Positions 19,781 through 29,698 of a stretch of DNA of 64,000 nucleotides are shown here, in pieces; position 1 is the first letter of the stretch; each line of letters starts with the position of its first letter. The notes beneath the pieces are model-generated. The model ran no database searches, had not been told where the DNA came from, and saw nothing but the letters and a program-made list of their open reading frames with translations. This DNA is from a bacterium (lineage in GTDB: Bacteria > Patescibacteriota > JABMPQ01 > JBDRIV01). The translations under genes were made by a program, and so were the position numbers. The stretch covers positions 438,943 through 502,942 of the forward strand of contig JBDRIV010000002.1 of NCBI GenBank assembly GCA_043815505.1, written 5' to 3'.

Positions 19781-20932
19781 ATGAAAAAAATAATTCTCAC
19801 CCTAGTTATCTGTTTAGTTTTTACAACTCTTGCCTTACCTGCGTTTGCTTTTGATTGGCGTGGAGAGGACAATCCAACTATTGCTGCAGATGAAATTATT
19901 GAGGACGACATTTTTCTTTTTGGCGACACCATCACAATTGATGGGGAAGTAAAAGGAAAAGTTTTTGCTATGGGTAACATGGTAAAAATGGATGGCAAAG
20001 TAGAAGATTTAATTTCCTTTGCCAGTCAAGTCGATATTGATGGTGAAGTAACAGGTGATGCTATAATCGGAGCCATGGCGGTAAATATTAATGGAAGCAT
20101 TGGCGATAATATAGTTGTTGGTAGTAGCAATTTTAATTTAAATGATGAAGCTACCATTGGTCGTGATTTGTACATGGGTGCAGCTCAAGCAATGCTTGAT
20201 GGTGAAGTTAAAAGAAATCTTAATGCCGGTACGGGGAGAATGAATTTAGCAGGTAAAGTGGATGGTAATATGTTTTCTCAATCAAGCAATACATCTTTTG
20301 GCAGTGATGCCAAAGTTGGTGGAAATTTCTCCTATGATGAAAAGGATCAAATTTCTACACCGACTGGAAAAATTATTAGTGATTTTGTAGACGGTAAAGT
20401 AGCAACTACAAATTTCAGTTTGATTAAACATGACCAAAGAAATAATTATATTCCTAGTATTTTTGAATTCATTTACAAATTAGGCGGAGTATTAATTGGT
20501 TTAATAGTTGTGTGGTTGTTTCCTAAAAAGGCTAAAGAAATTATGATGACAAAAAATATGTTCAATTGGATGAATATGTTAATTGGTATCGTTGTAATTT
20601 TTGTCATGCCCTTTTTAGCATTAATGATTCTACTAACACTAATTGGAATTCCAATTTCTCTTTTGCTATTAGCTTTGTATCCGATATTCATCTATTTGGG
20701 GAAAATAGCTGCTGGCGTTTGGTTGGGAGGAAGAATTTTAAATTCCAAAAAAGGATCGGAAAATTCACCATTTTATGCTCTGTTAATTGGCATGGCCATA
20801 CTAATAGTAGCCTCGTTTATACCTGCATTTGGTTGGCTAGCACCATTTGTATTTACAGTATTTGGAATTGGCCTAGTGTTCAAAATAATTTATAAAAAAA
20901 CGAAAGCAAAAAATCAAAATGTCAAAGCTTAA
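19781..20932 (+). CDS. Signal-peptide protein with bactofilin-like beta-helical repeats and C-terminal 4-TM anchor
   Basis: Signal peptide. Many G-x-V/I-x-G repeats (DGEVKGKVFAMGNMVKMDGKVEDL..IDGEVTGDAIIGAM..) like DUF583/bactofilin. Four hydrophobic helices at the C-terminus. Confidence 0.4.
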   Translation: MKKIILTLVICLVFTTLALPAFAFDWRGEDNPTIAADEIIEDDIFLFGDTITIDGEVKGKVFAMGNMVKMDGKVEDLISFASQVDIDGEVTGDAIIGAMAVNINGSIGDNIVVGSSNFNLNDEATIGRDLYMGAAQAMLDGEVKRNLNAGTGRMNLAGKVDGNMFSQSSNTSFGSDAKVGGNFSYDEKDQISTPTGKIISDFVDGKVATTNFSLIKHDQRNNYIPSIFEFIYKLGGVLIGLIVVWLFPKKAKEIMMTKNMFNWMNMLIGIVVIFVMPFLALMILLTLIGIPISLLLLALYPIFIYLGKIAAGVWLGGRILNSKKGSENSPFYALLIGMAILIVASFIPAFGWLAPFVFTVFGIGLVFKIIYKKTKAKNQNVKA

Positions 20933-22172
20933 GGAAATTAAAGACAATTTAGAAATCTACAAAGCAGAAATACAAAAAAGAGGATTGCAATTGGATGTGG
21001 AAAAAATTATTGCTGATAATGAGAAAAGAATAGAATTGCAAACAGAAATTGAAACTTTGCGCGCCGAGCAAAATAAATCTTCTAAAAAAGATATTTCCGC
21101 TGACGAAATTAGTAAACTAAAAGAATTAAAAGAACAAATAAAAGAAAAGCAAGCAAAACTTGATGAATGGCAAAAAAAAGCGAATAATCTGGCAGCTAAA
21201 ATTCCTAACATAACCAAAGATGATGTTCCAGTGGGAAAGGATGAAAAAGATAATGTAGTTGTAAAGGAGTGGGGAAAAAAGAAGGATTTTAAATTCCCAG
21301 CACAAGATCATGTTGCTCTGGGAAAAATATTAGACGGCTTGGACATGGTTAAAGCAGCTGAAGTTTCTGGCAGTCGATTCTATTATCTTAAAAATGATTT
21401 GGCTAGGTTGGAGATGGCTTTAATTAATCATGCTATTGATTTTGTAAACAAAAAAAGTTTTGAATTTGTTATGCCACCAATTTTAGTACGCGAAGATGCA
21501 ATGTATGGTACCGGCTTCTTTCCAGCGGAAAAAAATGAAATTTATAATGTTAATCCCGCTGATGATAATTTATTTCTAATTGGAACCTCGGAAGTATCAC
21601 TGGCCAGTTTGCACAAAAACGATATCCTGGATAAAAATGAATTACCAAAAAAATATGCTGCCTTTTCACCATGTTTTCGCAGAGAAGCTGGATCATATGG
21701 TAAAGACACAAAAGGGATTTATCGTGTTCATCAGTTTAATAAAGTGGAAATGTTTATGTATGTTGATCCCGAAAAAAGTTGGGATACACATGAAGAATTA
21801 ATAAAATTATCGGAAGAATTTATTGAATCTTTAGAAATTCCATATCGCACGGTAAATTGCTGTAGTGGAGAATTAAGCATGACCAGCGCTAAAAGATATG
21901 ACATAGAAGCATGGATGCCGGGCAGAGGAAGCTACGGAGAAGTTGGTTCAACCTCAAACACCACAGATTATCAGACAAAAAGGCTTGGTATTAAAACAAC
22001 CAATGAAAAAGGTGAGAAGGTTTATTGTCACACCATGAATTCAACGGTAATGGCGGCGCCAAGATATATTATTGCTATCTTAGAAAACAATCAGCAGGCT
22101 GATGGGAGTGTTGTGATACCAAAAGTTTTACAAAAATACATGAATCTTAAAAAATTGGAATCGCAGAAATGA
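20919..22172 (+). CDS. serS: Serine--tRNA ligase
   Basis: Long N-terminal coiled-coil arm plus class II core (SPCFRREAGSYGKDTKGIYRVHQFNKVEMF). Confidence 0.9.
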   Translation: MSKLKEIKDNLEIYKAEIQKRGLQLDVEKIIADNEKRIELQTEIETLRAEQNKSSKKDISADEISKLKELKEQIKEKQAKLDEWQKKANNLAAKIPNITKDDVPVGKDEKDNVVVKEWGKKKDFKFPAQDHVALGKILDGLDMVKAAEVSGSRFYYLKNDLARLEMALINHAIDFVNKKSFEFVMPPILVREDAMYGTGFFPAEKNEIYNVNPADDNLFLIGTSEVSLASLHKNDILDKNELPKKYAAFSPCFRREAGSYGKDTKGIYRVHQFNKVEMFMYVDPEKSWDTHEELIKLSEEFIESLEIPYRTVNCCSGELSMTSAKRYDIEAWMPGRGSYGEVGSTSNTTDYQTKRLGIKTTNEKGEKVYCHTMNSTVMAAPRYIIAILENNQQADGSVVIPKVLQKYMNLKKLESQK

Positions 22173-23293
22173 AAAACAATCATCTGACATGGATTGAAAT
22201 AGATAAAAAAGCGCTGCTATCAAATCTTAGCGCTTTTACAAATTTGGTGGGAAAAAAAGTAGAGGTAATGCCAGTAGTAAAAAGCAATGCCTATGGTCAT
22301 GGTTTAGCTGAAGTGGTAGGAATAATTAAAAATAAAGTTAAAACTTTATGTGTTGTTAATGTTGAAGAAGGCTTAAATTTAAGAAAGTTGGGTTTTAAAA
22401 AAAGAATTGTAGTTTTAGGATTTTATAACGAGAATAATTTAGCAGCGGGAATTAAGAAAGATATTGAATTACCGATTTATACGGAAAAACAATTACAAAT
22501 TATTGCTGCTACCGCTAAAAAAATTAAACGATCAGCTAAGGTTCATATTAAAATAGATACAGGAAATTCTCGTTTGGGTAAATTACCAAAAGATTTCCTA
22601 ACTTTCTTTAATAAAATTACACAAGAAAAAAGTATAAAAGTAGTTGGTTTGTATTCACATTTTTCTTCATCCGAAGATGAAAATCTGAGTTTTACGAATA
22701 AACAATTACAGAGATATTCTGAAATTATAGCCAAACTTCCGCGTAATAATTTTCGTTATCATATTGGTTGTTCAGCTTCAACTTTAAATGTTCCAACCTC
22801 ATATTTTTCAGCTGTACGCATTGGCATTGGTTTGTATGGTTTGTGGCCGTCTAATTTCACAAAACAAAGAACTAAAAGTAAAAATGGATTTTCCCTGCAG
22901 CCAGTGCTAAGTTTAAAAAGTAAAATAATTCAGATAAAAGAAGTTCCCGCCGGAAGTTATATTGGTTACAGTCGAACAAAAAAAGTAAAGCAAAAAACTA
23001 AGGTAGCAGTTGTTCCTGTGGGTTACTATGACGGATTGGATAGATTGTTATCAAATAATGGTGAAGTAACAATTCAAAATAAGCGATGTCCAATTATTGG
23101 AAATATTTGTATGAACATGTTTATGGTGAATGCTACCAAATTGAAAAATGTTAAAGAAGGAGAAGTAGTCACAATTATTGGACAAAATCAAAAAGCAGGT
23201 CCCATCGCTGATGAGATCGCCAAGCGTACCAAAACTATAAATTATGAAGTCGTAACTAGACTAAATCCTACAATACAAAGAATAGTTAAATAA
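22169..23293 (+). CDS. alr: Alanine racemase
   Basis: PLP-lysine motif VVKSNAYGHGL. TIM-barrel plus C-terminal beta domain. Confidence 0.85.
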   Translation: MKNNHLTWIEIDKKALLSNLSAFTNLVGKKVEVMPVVKSNAYGHGLAEVVGIIKNKVKTLCVVNVEEGLNLRKLGFKKRIVVLGFYNENNLAAGIKKDIELPIYTEKQLQIIAATAKKIKRSAKVHIKIDTGNSRLGKLPKDFLTFFNKITQEKSIKVVGLYSHFSSSEDENLSFTNKQLQRYSEIIAKLPRNNFRYHIGCSASTLNVPTSYFSAVRIGIGLYGLWPSNFTKQRTKSKNGFSLQPVLSLKSKIIQIKEVPAGSYIGYSRTKKVKQKTKVAVVPVGYYDGLDRLLSNNGEVTIQNKRCPIIGNICMNMFMVNATKLKNVKEGEVVTIIGQNQKAGPIADEIAKRTKTINYEVVTRLNPTIQRIVK

Positions 23294-23294
23294 T

Positions 23295-24389
23295 ATGAGT
23301 AAAAAAACTATTGCCGTAATATTTGGAGGCAAATCTGCGGAACATGAAGTTTCTTTAGTTTCTGCTACAAGTGTTATAAAAAATTTGGTAGCAGCTAACT
23401 TTGCTGTTCTGCTCATTGGTGTCAGCAAGGAAGGTAATTGGTTACAAGGAAAAGATGTAATAGAGGCCATGAAAAAAGGTCAGAACTTAAAAAATTATTC
23501 TTCCCCTCAGCTCATACCAAGTTTTACTAAAAATGATTTAGATAATATTGATGTCTTTTTTCCTATGATTCACGGCACTTATGGTGAAGACGGGGCACTG
23601 CAAGGCTTTTTAGAAATGACAGGCAAGCCCTATGTGGGTGCTGGCATTTTAGGTTCAGCCACAGCCATGGATAAAATCGTTATGAAAATTATCATTGAAA
23701 AAGAGGGTTTGCCAGTTTCAAAGTGGGACTATTTTACCAAAAATGAATGGCAAAAAGATAAAAACAGTATAGTTATGAGAATCGAAAACAGTTTGTCATA
23801 TCCGCTTTTTATAAAACCGGCCAATTTAGGTTCCAGTATTGGTATTAATAAAGCAAAAAATGTTAGTGAATTAGAAGTAGGTATAAATGAAGCAACCAGC
23901 TTTGATACCAGAATACTAGTTGAGGAGGCGGTGGCAAATGCCAGAGAAATTGAATTTGCGGTTTTGGGCAATGAAGAACTAGAAATTACACCACCAGGTG
24001 AAATTGTTTCCTCCAATGAATTCTATGATTATGATGCTAAATATGTTGATGATAAATCAGAGGAAAAAATACCAGCTGAGTTTAAGGACAAAGAAATTAT
24101 TAGTAAAATGCAAACAGTGGCTAAAAAAGCTTTTACCTTACTTGATTGTTATGGCATGGGCCGAGTAGATTTTTTGGTAAATAGGGAAACGGAAGAATTT
24201 TATATAAATGAAATTAATACCATTCCTGGATTTACCAGTATTAGTATGTATCCAAAACTGTGGCAAGCAGCCGGATTAAATTATCAAGATTTATTACAGA
24301 AATTAATTTTTTTAGCAGAAGCCAAATTTAAAACCAGAAACAGTTTAAATACCAGTTATCAACCCAAAAAAGATTGGTATAGTAAATAA
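23295..24389 (+). CDS. ddl: D-alanine--D-alanine ligase
   Basis: TIAVIFGGKSAEHEVSL N-terminus and ATP-grasp motifs. The alr-ddl pairing is functionally coherent. Confidence 0.9.
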   Translation: MSKKTIAVIFGGKSAEHEVSLVSATSVIKNLVAANFAVLLIGVSKEGNWLQGKDVIEAMKKGQNLKNYSSPQLIPSFTKNDLDNIDVFFPMIHGTYGEDGALQGFLEMTGKPYVGAGILGSATAMDKIVMKIIIEKEGLPVSKWDYFTKNEWQKDKNSIVMRIENSLSYPLFIKPANLGSSIGINKAKNVSELEVGINEATSFDTRILVEEAVANAREIEFAVLGNEELEITPPGEIVSSNEFYDYDAKYVDDKSEEKIPAEFKDKEIISKMQTVAKKAFTLLDCYGMGRVDFLVNRETEEFYINEINTIPGFTSISMYPKLWQAAGLNYQDLLQKLIFLAEAKFKTRNSLNTSYQPKKDWYSK

Positions 24390-25280
24390 ATGGGAAGAAG
24401 AAAAACATCATACGGAAAAAAGAAATATCGCGATCCCTTAAATAGAAGAACGCTTAGAAAAAGAAGAATGCATCGATCAACATCGAAGATTTACGGTCAG
24501 CAAGTCAGAAGTAGTAGAATGGAAACAGATTCAGCTTGGCAAAAAAGGGGATATTTATTTTTTGTAGTCATATTTGTCGCCATAGTTGTATATTTGTTTT
24601 TTTACAGTCCTGTTTTTGCCATTGAGGGATTAGTGGTACCAGAGGCTGCTAATGTTCCTTCAGCGCGAGTAAAAGAAGTTCTAAATGAAGAGCTGAATAA
24701 AAGTTTCTTAGGAATATTACCCAAAAGAAACATTTTCATATTTTCAGAAAACAAAGTCAAAAAAGATGTTTTAAATAAAATTCCCCAGTTAGAAGATATT
24801 ACTTTAACCAGAAGGCTTCCCGATGTATTGAAAGTTGAACTAAAAGAAAAAACACCTTCAGCGATTTGGATGTCAGGTGGCGTTCCTTATTTTGTAGATG
24901 ACGAAGGAATAATTGCTTATCAAGTTCCGTTACAATTAGTACGAACGGCCACAGTGCCTATAATTAAAGATCGTTTGAATAAAGAAGTTGAAGCAAATAC
25001 TTTAGTGATGGATAAAACTTCATTGCTACTGGCTACCGAACTAAACAGTAAATTTGAGGCTCGCAACGGAATAAAAATTCACTCTTTCAGCGTTCCTGCT
25101 AAAGGAGCAGAGGAAGTTCATGTGGTCACCGAAGCTGGTTGGTATGTCTATTTTTCAACAGCTCGCTCAGCTGATGCACAATTAAACGACCTGGTTTTAT
25201 CTTTACGCGAGCAAATAAAGTCAACAAATAATTTAGAATACATCGATTTAAGAGTAACAGATAAAGTTTATTATAAATAA
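24390..25280 (+). CDS. ftsQ: FtsQ/DivIB-like cell division protein (POTRA) with basic N-terminal tail
   Basis: Arg/Lys-rich cytoplasmic N-terminus, single TM, POTRA-like periplasmic domain. Placed after ddl as in dcw clusters. Confidence 0.5.
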   Translation: MGRRKTSYGKKKYRDPLNRRTLRKRRMHRSTSKIYGQQVRSSRMETDSAWQKRGYLFFVVIFVAIVVYLFFYSPVFAIEGLVVPEAANVPSARVKEVLNEELNKSFLGILPKRNIFIFSENKVKKDVLNKIPQLEDITLTRRLPDVLKVELKEKTPSAIWMSGGVPYFVDDEGIIAYQVPLQLVRTATVPIIKDRLNKEVEANTLVMDKTSLLLATELNSKFEARNGIKIHSFSVPAKGAEEVHVVTEAGWYVYFSTARSADAQLNDLVLSLREQIKSTNNLEYIDLRVTDKVYYK

Positions 25281-25622
25281 ATGAAATATCCTTACGCCCG
25301 CATAACTTTTTACAGCGCTTTAATTCTCAATTTAATTATATGGGCTTTGTCTTATTATATGTTTCCTCCGGAAAGTGAAACAGTAATTTTGCATTACAAC
25401 GTATATTTTGGTGTTGATTTGTTTGATGTCTGGTGGAAAATACTTATAATACCGTTAGTAGGATTAGTTTTATGGATAATAAATTTAGCAATTGCTAGAT
25501 TTATGTATTTGAATAACAAACCCATGCGTATAATTTTGGGTGCAGTTACAATTGTAATACAAGTAATATTGCTAATTTCTTTAATAGCGATTTGGGCGGT
25601 TAACAATGCAAATAACTCGTAA
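25281..25622 (+). CDS. Small integral membrane protein (3 TM), hypothetical
   Basis: Three hydrophobic helices. Overlaps the start of the next gene by 17 nt. Confidence 0.3.
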   Translation: MKYPYARITFYSALILNLIIWALSYYMFPPESETVILHYNVYFGVDLFDVWWKILIIPLVGLVLWIINLAIARFMYLNNKPMRIILGAVTIVIQVILLISLIAIWAVNNANNS

Positions 25623-27141
25623 GCTACATTTTAAAAACTATCTCTTAACCTCTAAAAAAGATAAGAGGTATTTTAGAATTTTGGAAACTTTACCGGCAAC
25701 TTTAGCTTGGTCAACTTTAATTGGTGGTGTTGTATTTTCGTTTATTTATCCTGCTTTGGTGGCAATTTTTATAATAGTTTTTGATGTTTATTGGTTAATT
25801 AGAGTTATATATTTAAGCGGTTATCTAATTCTATCTTACCGAGTTTTAAAAACTAATGTTAATACAAATTGGCTAACAAAAGTAAAAAAAGATTTTGCTG
25901 AAGAATTTGAAAATATTTATCATTTAATTATTCTTCCCACCCTTGATGAAGGAGAAGAACTTCTAAAAATGAGTTTTGATTCACTGGTAAAATCAAATTA
26001 TTCGCAAGATAAAATGATAATTGTGTTAGCCGGTGAAGCTAGATCGGGACATGAAGGAATCGATAAATTAAATTTGATTAAGGAAAAATATCAAAATTAT
26101 TTCAAGAATTTTGTTGTCACCATTCATCCGGAAGGTTTACCCGATGAGATTCCGGGTAAGGGATCAAATGAAGCGTACGCAGCTAAAATTATAAGGAAGT
26201 ACATTGATGAAGAAAGAATTGATTACGAAAATGTAATTTTATCAGTTTTTGATGCTGATACGGCAGTACACAGTGAATTTTTTGGTCGCTTAACTCACGC
26301 ATATTTAAGTTCAGATAATAAATTACATTCCAGCTATCAGCCCATTCCCATGTTTTTCAATAATATTTGGGATGCACCCGCTTTGTCGCGTGTGGTAGCT
26401 TTTGGGACAACTTTTTGGCAAATGATGGAACAAGGTCGACCGGAAAGATTATATACATTTTCTTCTCACAGTATGAGTTTTAAAACCTTGGTGGATATTG
26501 GCTACTGGGAAACCAATGTAGTTTCTGAGGACTCACGTATTTTTTGGCAATGTTTTAATCATTATCGGGGAAATTACAAATCAACACCTTTGCACATGCC
26601 TATATATATGGACACGGTTTTAGCAGATACAGTTTGGAGAAGTTTTGTTAATCAGTATAAGCAACAAATGCGTTGGGCTTACGGAGCAGAAAATATTCCT
26701 TACATTTTAACTGCTTTTAGAAAGTTAAAAAATATTCCTTGGCAGAAGAAACTGCTACATTCATTTTATGTAATTGAAGGTAGTCATTCTTGGGCAACCA
26801 ATGCGCTACTAATATTTGGTTTAGGTTGGTTGCCAATAATTTTGGGTGGAGATTCCTTCAACCAAACGGTATTAGCTCAAAGCCTACCGTTTATAACGCA
26901 AATTCTAATGACGCTGGCCATGGTTGGAATGTTTGTATCAGCCGCTCTAAGTTTCTTGTTGTTGCCAAAACCAAAACAGAAATCCCGTTCCCGATATTTC
27001 GGTGCTATAGTTTTTCAATGGATATTACTTCCAATTTCAACAATATTTTTTGGTGCTCTGCCTGCTTTGCACGCCCAAACAAAATTAATGCTCGGAAGAT
27101 ATATGGGTTTTTGGTCAACTGAAAAAGTAAGAAAAAGCTAA
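25606..27141 (+). CDS. Processive family-2 glycosyltransferase (cellulose/chitin-synthase-like, QxxRW)
   Basis: N-terminal TMs. GT-A core with DEGEE, DAD (SVFDADTAV) and Q-x-x-R-W (QQMRWAYG) motifs of processive beta-glycan synthases. C-terminal TM bundle. Confidence 0.65.
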   Translation: MQITRKLHFKNYLLTSKKDKRYFRILETLPATLAWSTLIGGVVFSFIYPALVAIFIIVFDVYWLIRVIYLSGYLILSYRVLKTNVNTNWLTKVKKDFAEEFENIYHLIILPTLDEGEELLKMSFDSLVKSNYSQDKMIIVLAGEARSGHEGIDKLNLIKEKYQNYFKNFVVTIHPEGLPDEIPGKGSNEAYAAKIIRKYIDEERIDYENVILSVFDADTAVHSEFFGRLTHAYLSSDNKLHSSYQPIPMFFNNIWDAPALSRVVAFGTTFWQMMEQGRPERLYTFSSHSMSFKTLVDIGYWETNVVSEDSRIFWQCFNHYRGNYKSTPLHMPIYMDTVLADTVWRSFVNQYKQQMRWAYGAENIPYILTAFRKLKNIPWQKKLLHSFYVIEGSHSWATNALLIFGLGWLPIILGGDSFNQTVLAQSLPFITQILMTLAMVGMFVSAALSFLLLPKPKQKSRSRYFGAIVFQWILLPISTIFFGALPALHAQTKLMLGRYMGFWSTEKVRKS

Positions 27142-28235
27142 TGGCATATTTTCTTACATTTCTATTAAGTTTCATTTTGGCGATTATCATAACGCCTTTA
27201 ATCATTAAGTTGGCAAAAAAAGGTAAAATATTGGATCAGCCAACAGCACCAAGAAAAATACATAAGCAACCCAAACCCTTGTTAGGAGGATTAGCGGTTT
27301 ATTTTAGCTTTGTAATTGTAATTATAATCATAATTCTTTCTTATAAATCAGATTTATTATTTGGCGGTTATTTGTTACCTAAACATGTACTGGGGTTTTT
27401 ACTAGGAGGATTAGTGTTAATGATAGGTGGTTATATTGACGATAAATATAATCTGAAACCTAAACAACAAATTGTATTTCCTTTGATTGCCAGTGGCATA
27501 ATAATTGCTTCAGGGATTGGCATAGAGTATATTAGAACTCCTTTTGGAGCCCTTGAGTTAAATGGATTGCAATTGGAACTGTTTTCCCTTAATGGTGTCC
27601 CATATCAAATTGCCTTATGGTCAGATTTATTTACTGTAGTATGGTTAATGGTATTAATGTATACAACAAAATTCTTGGATGGGTTGGACGGATTAGTCTC
27701 GGGCATAACGGTTATTTCATCTTTTGTATTATTTTTACTAAGTATTTCCGAAGAAGTTGCTCAACCCGAAACTGCTCTGCTAGCAATAATATTAGCTGGA
27801 GCAGTAGCCGGCTTTTTACTATATAATTTCAATCCTGCTAAAATATTTTTAGGAGAAAGTGGAAGCACCTTTTTAGGTTTTGCTTTAGCAGTAATTGCGA
27901 TAATTTCTGGCGGAAAAATTGCCACCGCTTTACTATTACTTGGTCTGCCAGTATTGGATGTAATCTGGGTTATTTTACAAAGACTAGTGAACAAAAGAAA
28001 AATTACCTCAGCTGATAAGGCTCATTTGCATTTCAGGCTTCTAGATATTGGTTTATCACAAAGAAAGATTGTTTTAATTCTTTATGCCTTAACAGCTGTT
28101 TTTGGTGCCAGTGCTTTATATGTATCTGGAGAAAATAAAATATTTGCATTGTTTGCAGTGCTAATAATGATGTTAATAATAATTAGCGGGATGACATTTT
28201 ATTCCTTCAAAATAAAAAATAAAGCCGATCAATGA
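27141..28235 (+). CDS. Polyprenyl-phosphate N-acetylhexosamine-1-phosphate transferase (MraY/WecA family, GT4)
   Basis: 10-11 TM protein with DDKYNL (DDxxD-like), FLDGLDGL, NPAKIFLGESGS and AHLHF motifs of the MraY/WecA superfamily. Confidence 0.65.
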   Translation: MAYFLTFLLSFILAIIITPLIIKLAKKGKILDQPTAPRKIHKQPKPLLGGLAVYFSFVIVIIIIILSYKSDLLFGGYLLPKHVLGFLLGGLVLMIGGYIDDKYNLKPKQQIVFPLIASGIIIASGIGIEYIRTPFGALELNGLQLELFSLNGVPYQIALWSDLFTVVWLMVLMYTTKFLDGLDGLVSGITVISSFVLFLLSISEEVAQPETALLAIILAGAVAGFLLYNFNPAKIFLGESGSTFLGFALAVIAIISGGKIATALLLLGLPVLDVIWVILQRLVNKRKITSADKAHLHFRLLDIGLSQRKIVLILYALTAVFGASALYVSGENKIFALFAVLIMMLIIISGMTFYSFKIKNKADQ

Positions 28236-28675
28236 AAAAATTAATTTATATTGTAATTTTGCTAGTTGTAGTTGTAGGAATTGCTGGTTGTGGAAGTAAA
28301 CAACAAGGAGCGACAGTTAAAATAGATAACACAATTTATAATGTTGAAGTGGTAAAAAGTTATAATGATAAAAAAGTCGGACTTTCAAATCACACTAATT
28401 TGGCAGAAAATAATGGTATGATTTTTGTTTATGATGATAAAGCCGTTAGAGGCTTTTGGATGAAAGATATGGATTTTAATATTGATATCATTTGGATTGA
28501 TGATAATATAATTAAACACATTGAACACAATGTTCCCAAACCAAAAAGTGAGGATAAAGATTTACCAGTCTATAAGCCCCAAGTAGCAGTTAATTATGTT
28601 CTAGAAATTCCGGCTGAAGATAGTAAAAAATATCAAATGTCAGAAGGCGATCAGGTAGAAATAAGTTTGCCTTGA
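28232..28675 (+). CDS. DUF192-family lipoprotein
   Basis: Lipoprotein signal (GIAGC). DUF192 core ENNGMIFVYDDKAVRGFWMKDMDFNIDIIWID. Confidence 0.55.
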   Translation: MKKLIYIVILLVVVVGIAGCGSKQQGATVKIDNTIYNVEVVKSYNDKKVGLSNHTNLAENNGMIFVYDDKAVRGFWMKDMDFNIDIIWIDDNIIKHIEHNVPKPKSEDKDLPVYKPQVAVNYVLEIPAEDSKKYQMSEGDQVEISLP

Positions 28676-28722
28676 CATAAAAAGAGATTTCTATTAGGAT
28701 ACTTTTATAATTAAAAACATAT

Positions 28723-29034
28723 ATGCTAGCAATAGTAAATTACAAAGGAAAGCAATTCCAAGTAAAAAAAGGCGACGATATAGTTATACCAAAAACTAAC
28801 AAAAAAGAAAAAAGTCAAATTGATTTGGGCAAGGTTTTATTAGTGGGTGATAGTAAAGGTACAAAAATAGGAACTCCTTATGTTAAGGATGCTAAAGTTA
28901 CAGCGGAAATAGTGGCAGATTATAAAGCTAAAAAAGTAATATCTGGAAAATTTAAAGCCAAAAAAAGATATCGCCGACGCATCGGTAATCGTCAGAAATA
29001 TACCAAAGTAAAAATAACTGAAATTAAAGGATAA
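28723..29034 (+). CDS. rplU: 50S ribosomal protein L21
   Basis: MLAIVNYKGKQFQVKKGD... is an L21 N-terminal pattern. ~100 aa, basic C-terminus. Confidence 0.85.
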   Translation: MLAIVNYKGKQFQVKKGDDIVIPKTNKKEKSQIDLGKVLLVGDSKGTKIGTPYVKDAKVTAEIVADYKAKKVISGKFKAKKRYRRRIGNRQKYTKVKITEIKG

Positions 29035-29035
29035 T

Positions 29036-29103
29036 CCAGCTCCAGTTTAAAACAAAATAGCAGTTCAACCTGCTATTTTATTATTCTTTTAAACTGGGGC
29101 TGG
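29036..29103. terminator. Nested inverted repeat between convergent rplU and recR (bidirectional terminator candidate)
   Basis: Outer stem CCAGCTCCAGTTTAAAA pairs with TTTTAAACTGGGGCTGG (one G.U). Inner hairpin TAGCAG-ttcaacc-CTGCTA. A/T runs on both sides. Confidence 0.5.
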
Positions 29104-29104
29104 A

Positions 29105-29698
29105 TTAGTATTCGTTTCTATTTTCCATTGCTTTAGAAAGGGTTATATCATCTGCATATTCCAAAAAGCCACCTACCGGTAATCCTCTCGCTATGCGTGA
29201 TAGTTTTACGTTCAGAGGTTTAATTTTTTTAGCTACATACATAGCTGTCGCTTCACCTTCCATGGAAGGGTTGGTAGCAATAATAACTTCCTTAATAGAT
29301 TCATTTTCTAAACGAGAAACCAGTGAATCTATTTTTAATTGGTCAGGACCAATGCCGTCAATAGGAGAGAGGGTACCGTGCAAAACGTGATACAAACCCT
29401 TATAATCACCTGTATGTTCAATGGCCACAACATCTAGAACAGTTTCTACCAAGCAAATTGTTTCCTGGTCACGAGCGGAATTAGCACAAATTGTACACAA
29501 ATTATTTTCTGTTAAATTATGACATTTTCTACAAAGATTTACTTTAGCGTGCAATTCACTTAGAGCAGTGGCAAAAGCTTGCAGGTCTTCAGGTTCTTGT
29601 TTAAGCAAATAAAAAGCCAACCGCTGGGCGGTTTTATTTCCAATACCAGGCAATTTGGCAAACTCATCTATTAAATCTTGAATAGGCGCTGGTAGCAT
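29105..29698 (-). CDS. recR: Recombination protein RecR
   Basis: HhH (LPGIGNKTAQRLAFYLL), C4 zinc finger (CRKCHNLTENNLCTICAN) and Toprim domain. Confidence 0.9.
   Translation of the reverse strand: MLPAPIQDLIDEFAKLPGIGNKTAQRLAFYLLKQEPEDLQAFATALSELHAKVNLCRKCHNLTENNLCTICANSARDQETICLVETVLDVVAIEHTGDYKGLYHVLHGTLSPIDGIGPDQLKIDSLVSRLENESIKEVIIATNPSMEGEATAMYVAKKIKPLNVKLSRIARGLPVGGFLEYADDITLSKAMENRNEY

Noticed and set aside
20566-20895. 109-aa ORF inside the 19781..20932 gene in another frame
   Set aside because: Same strand, alternative frame, Cys/Trp/Asn-rich nonsense. It is embedded in a well-formed longer gene.
26790-27122. 110-aa ORF within the GT2 synthase gene (alternative frame)
   Set aside because: Internal to a gene whose conserved motifs (DAD, QxxRW) lie in the main frame. 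It is most likely a frame artefact of AT-rich sequence.
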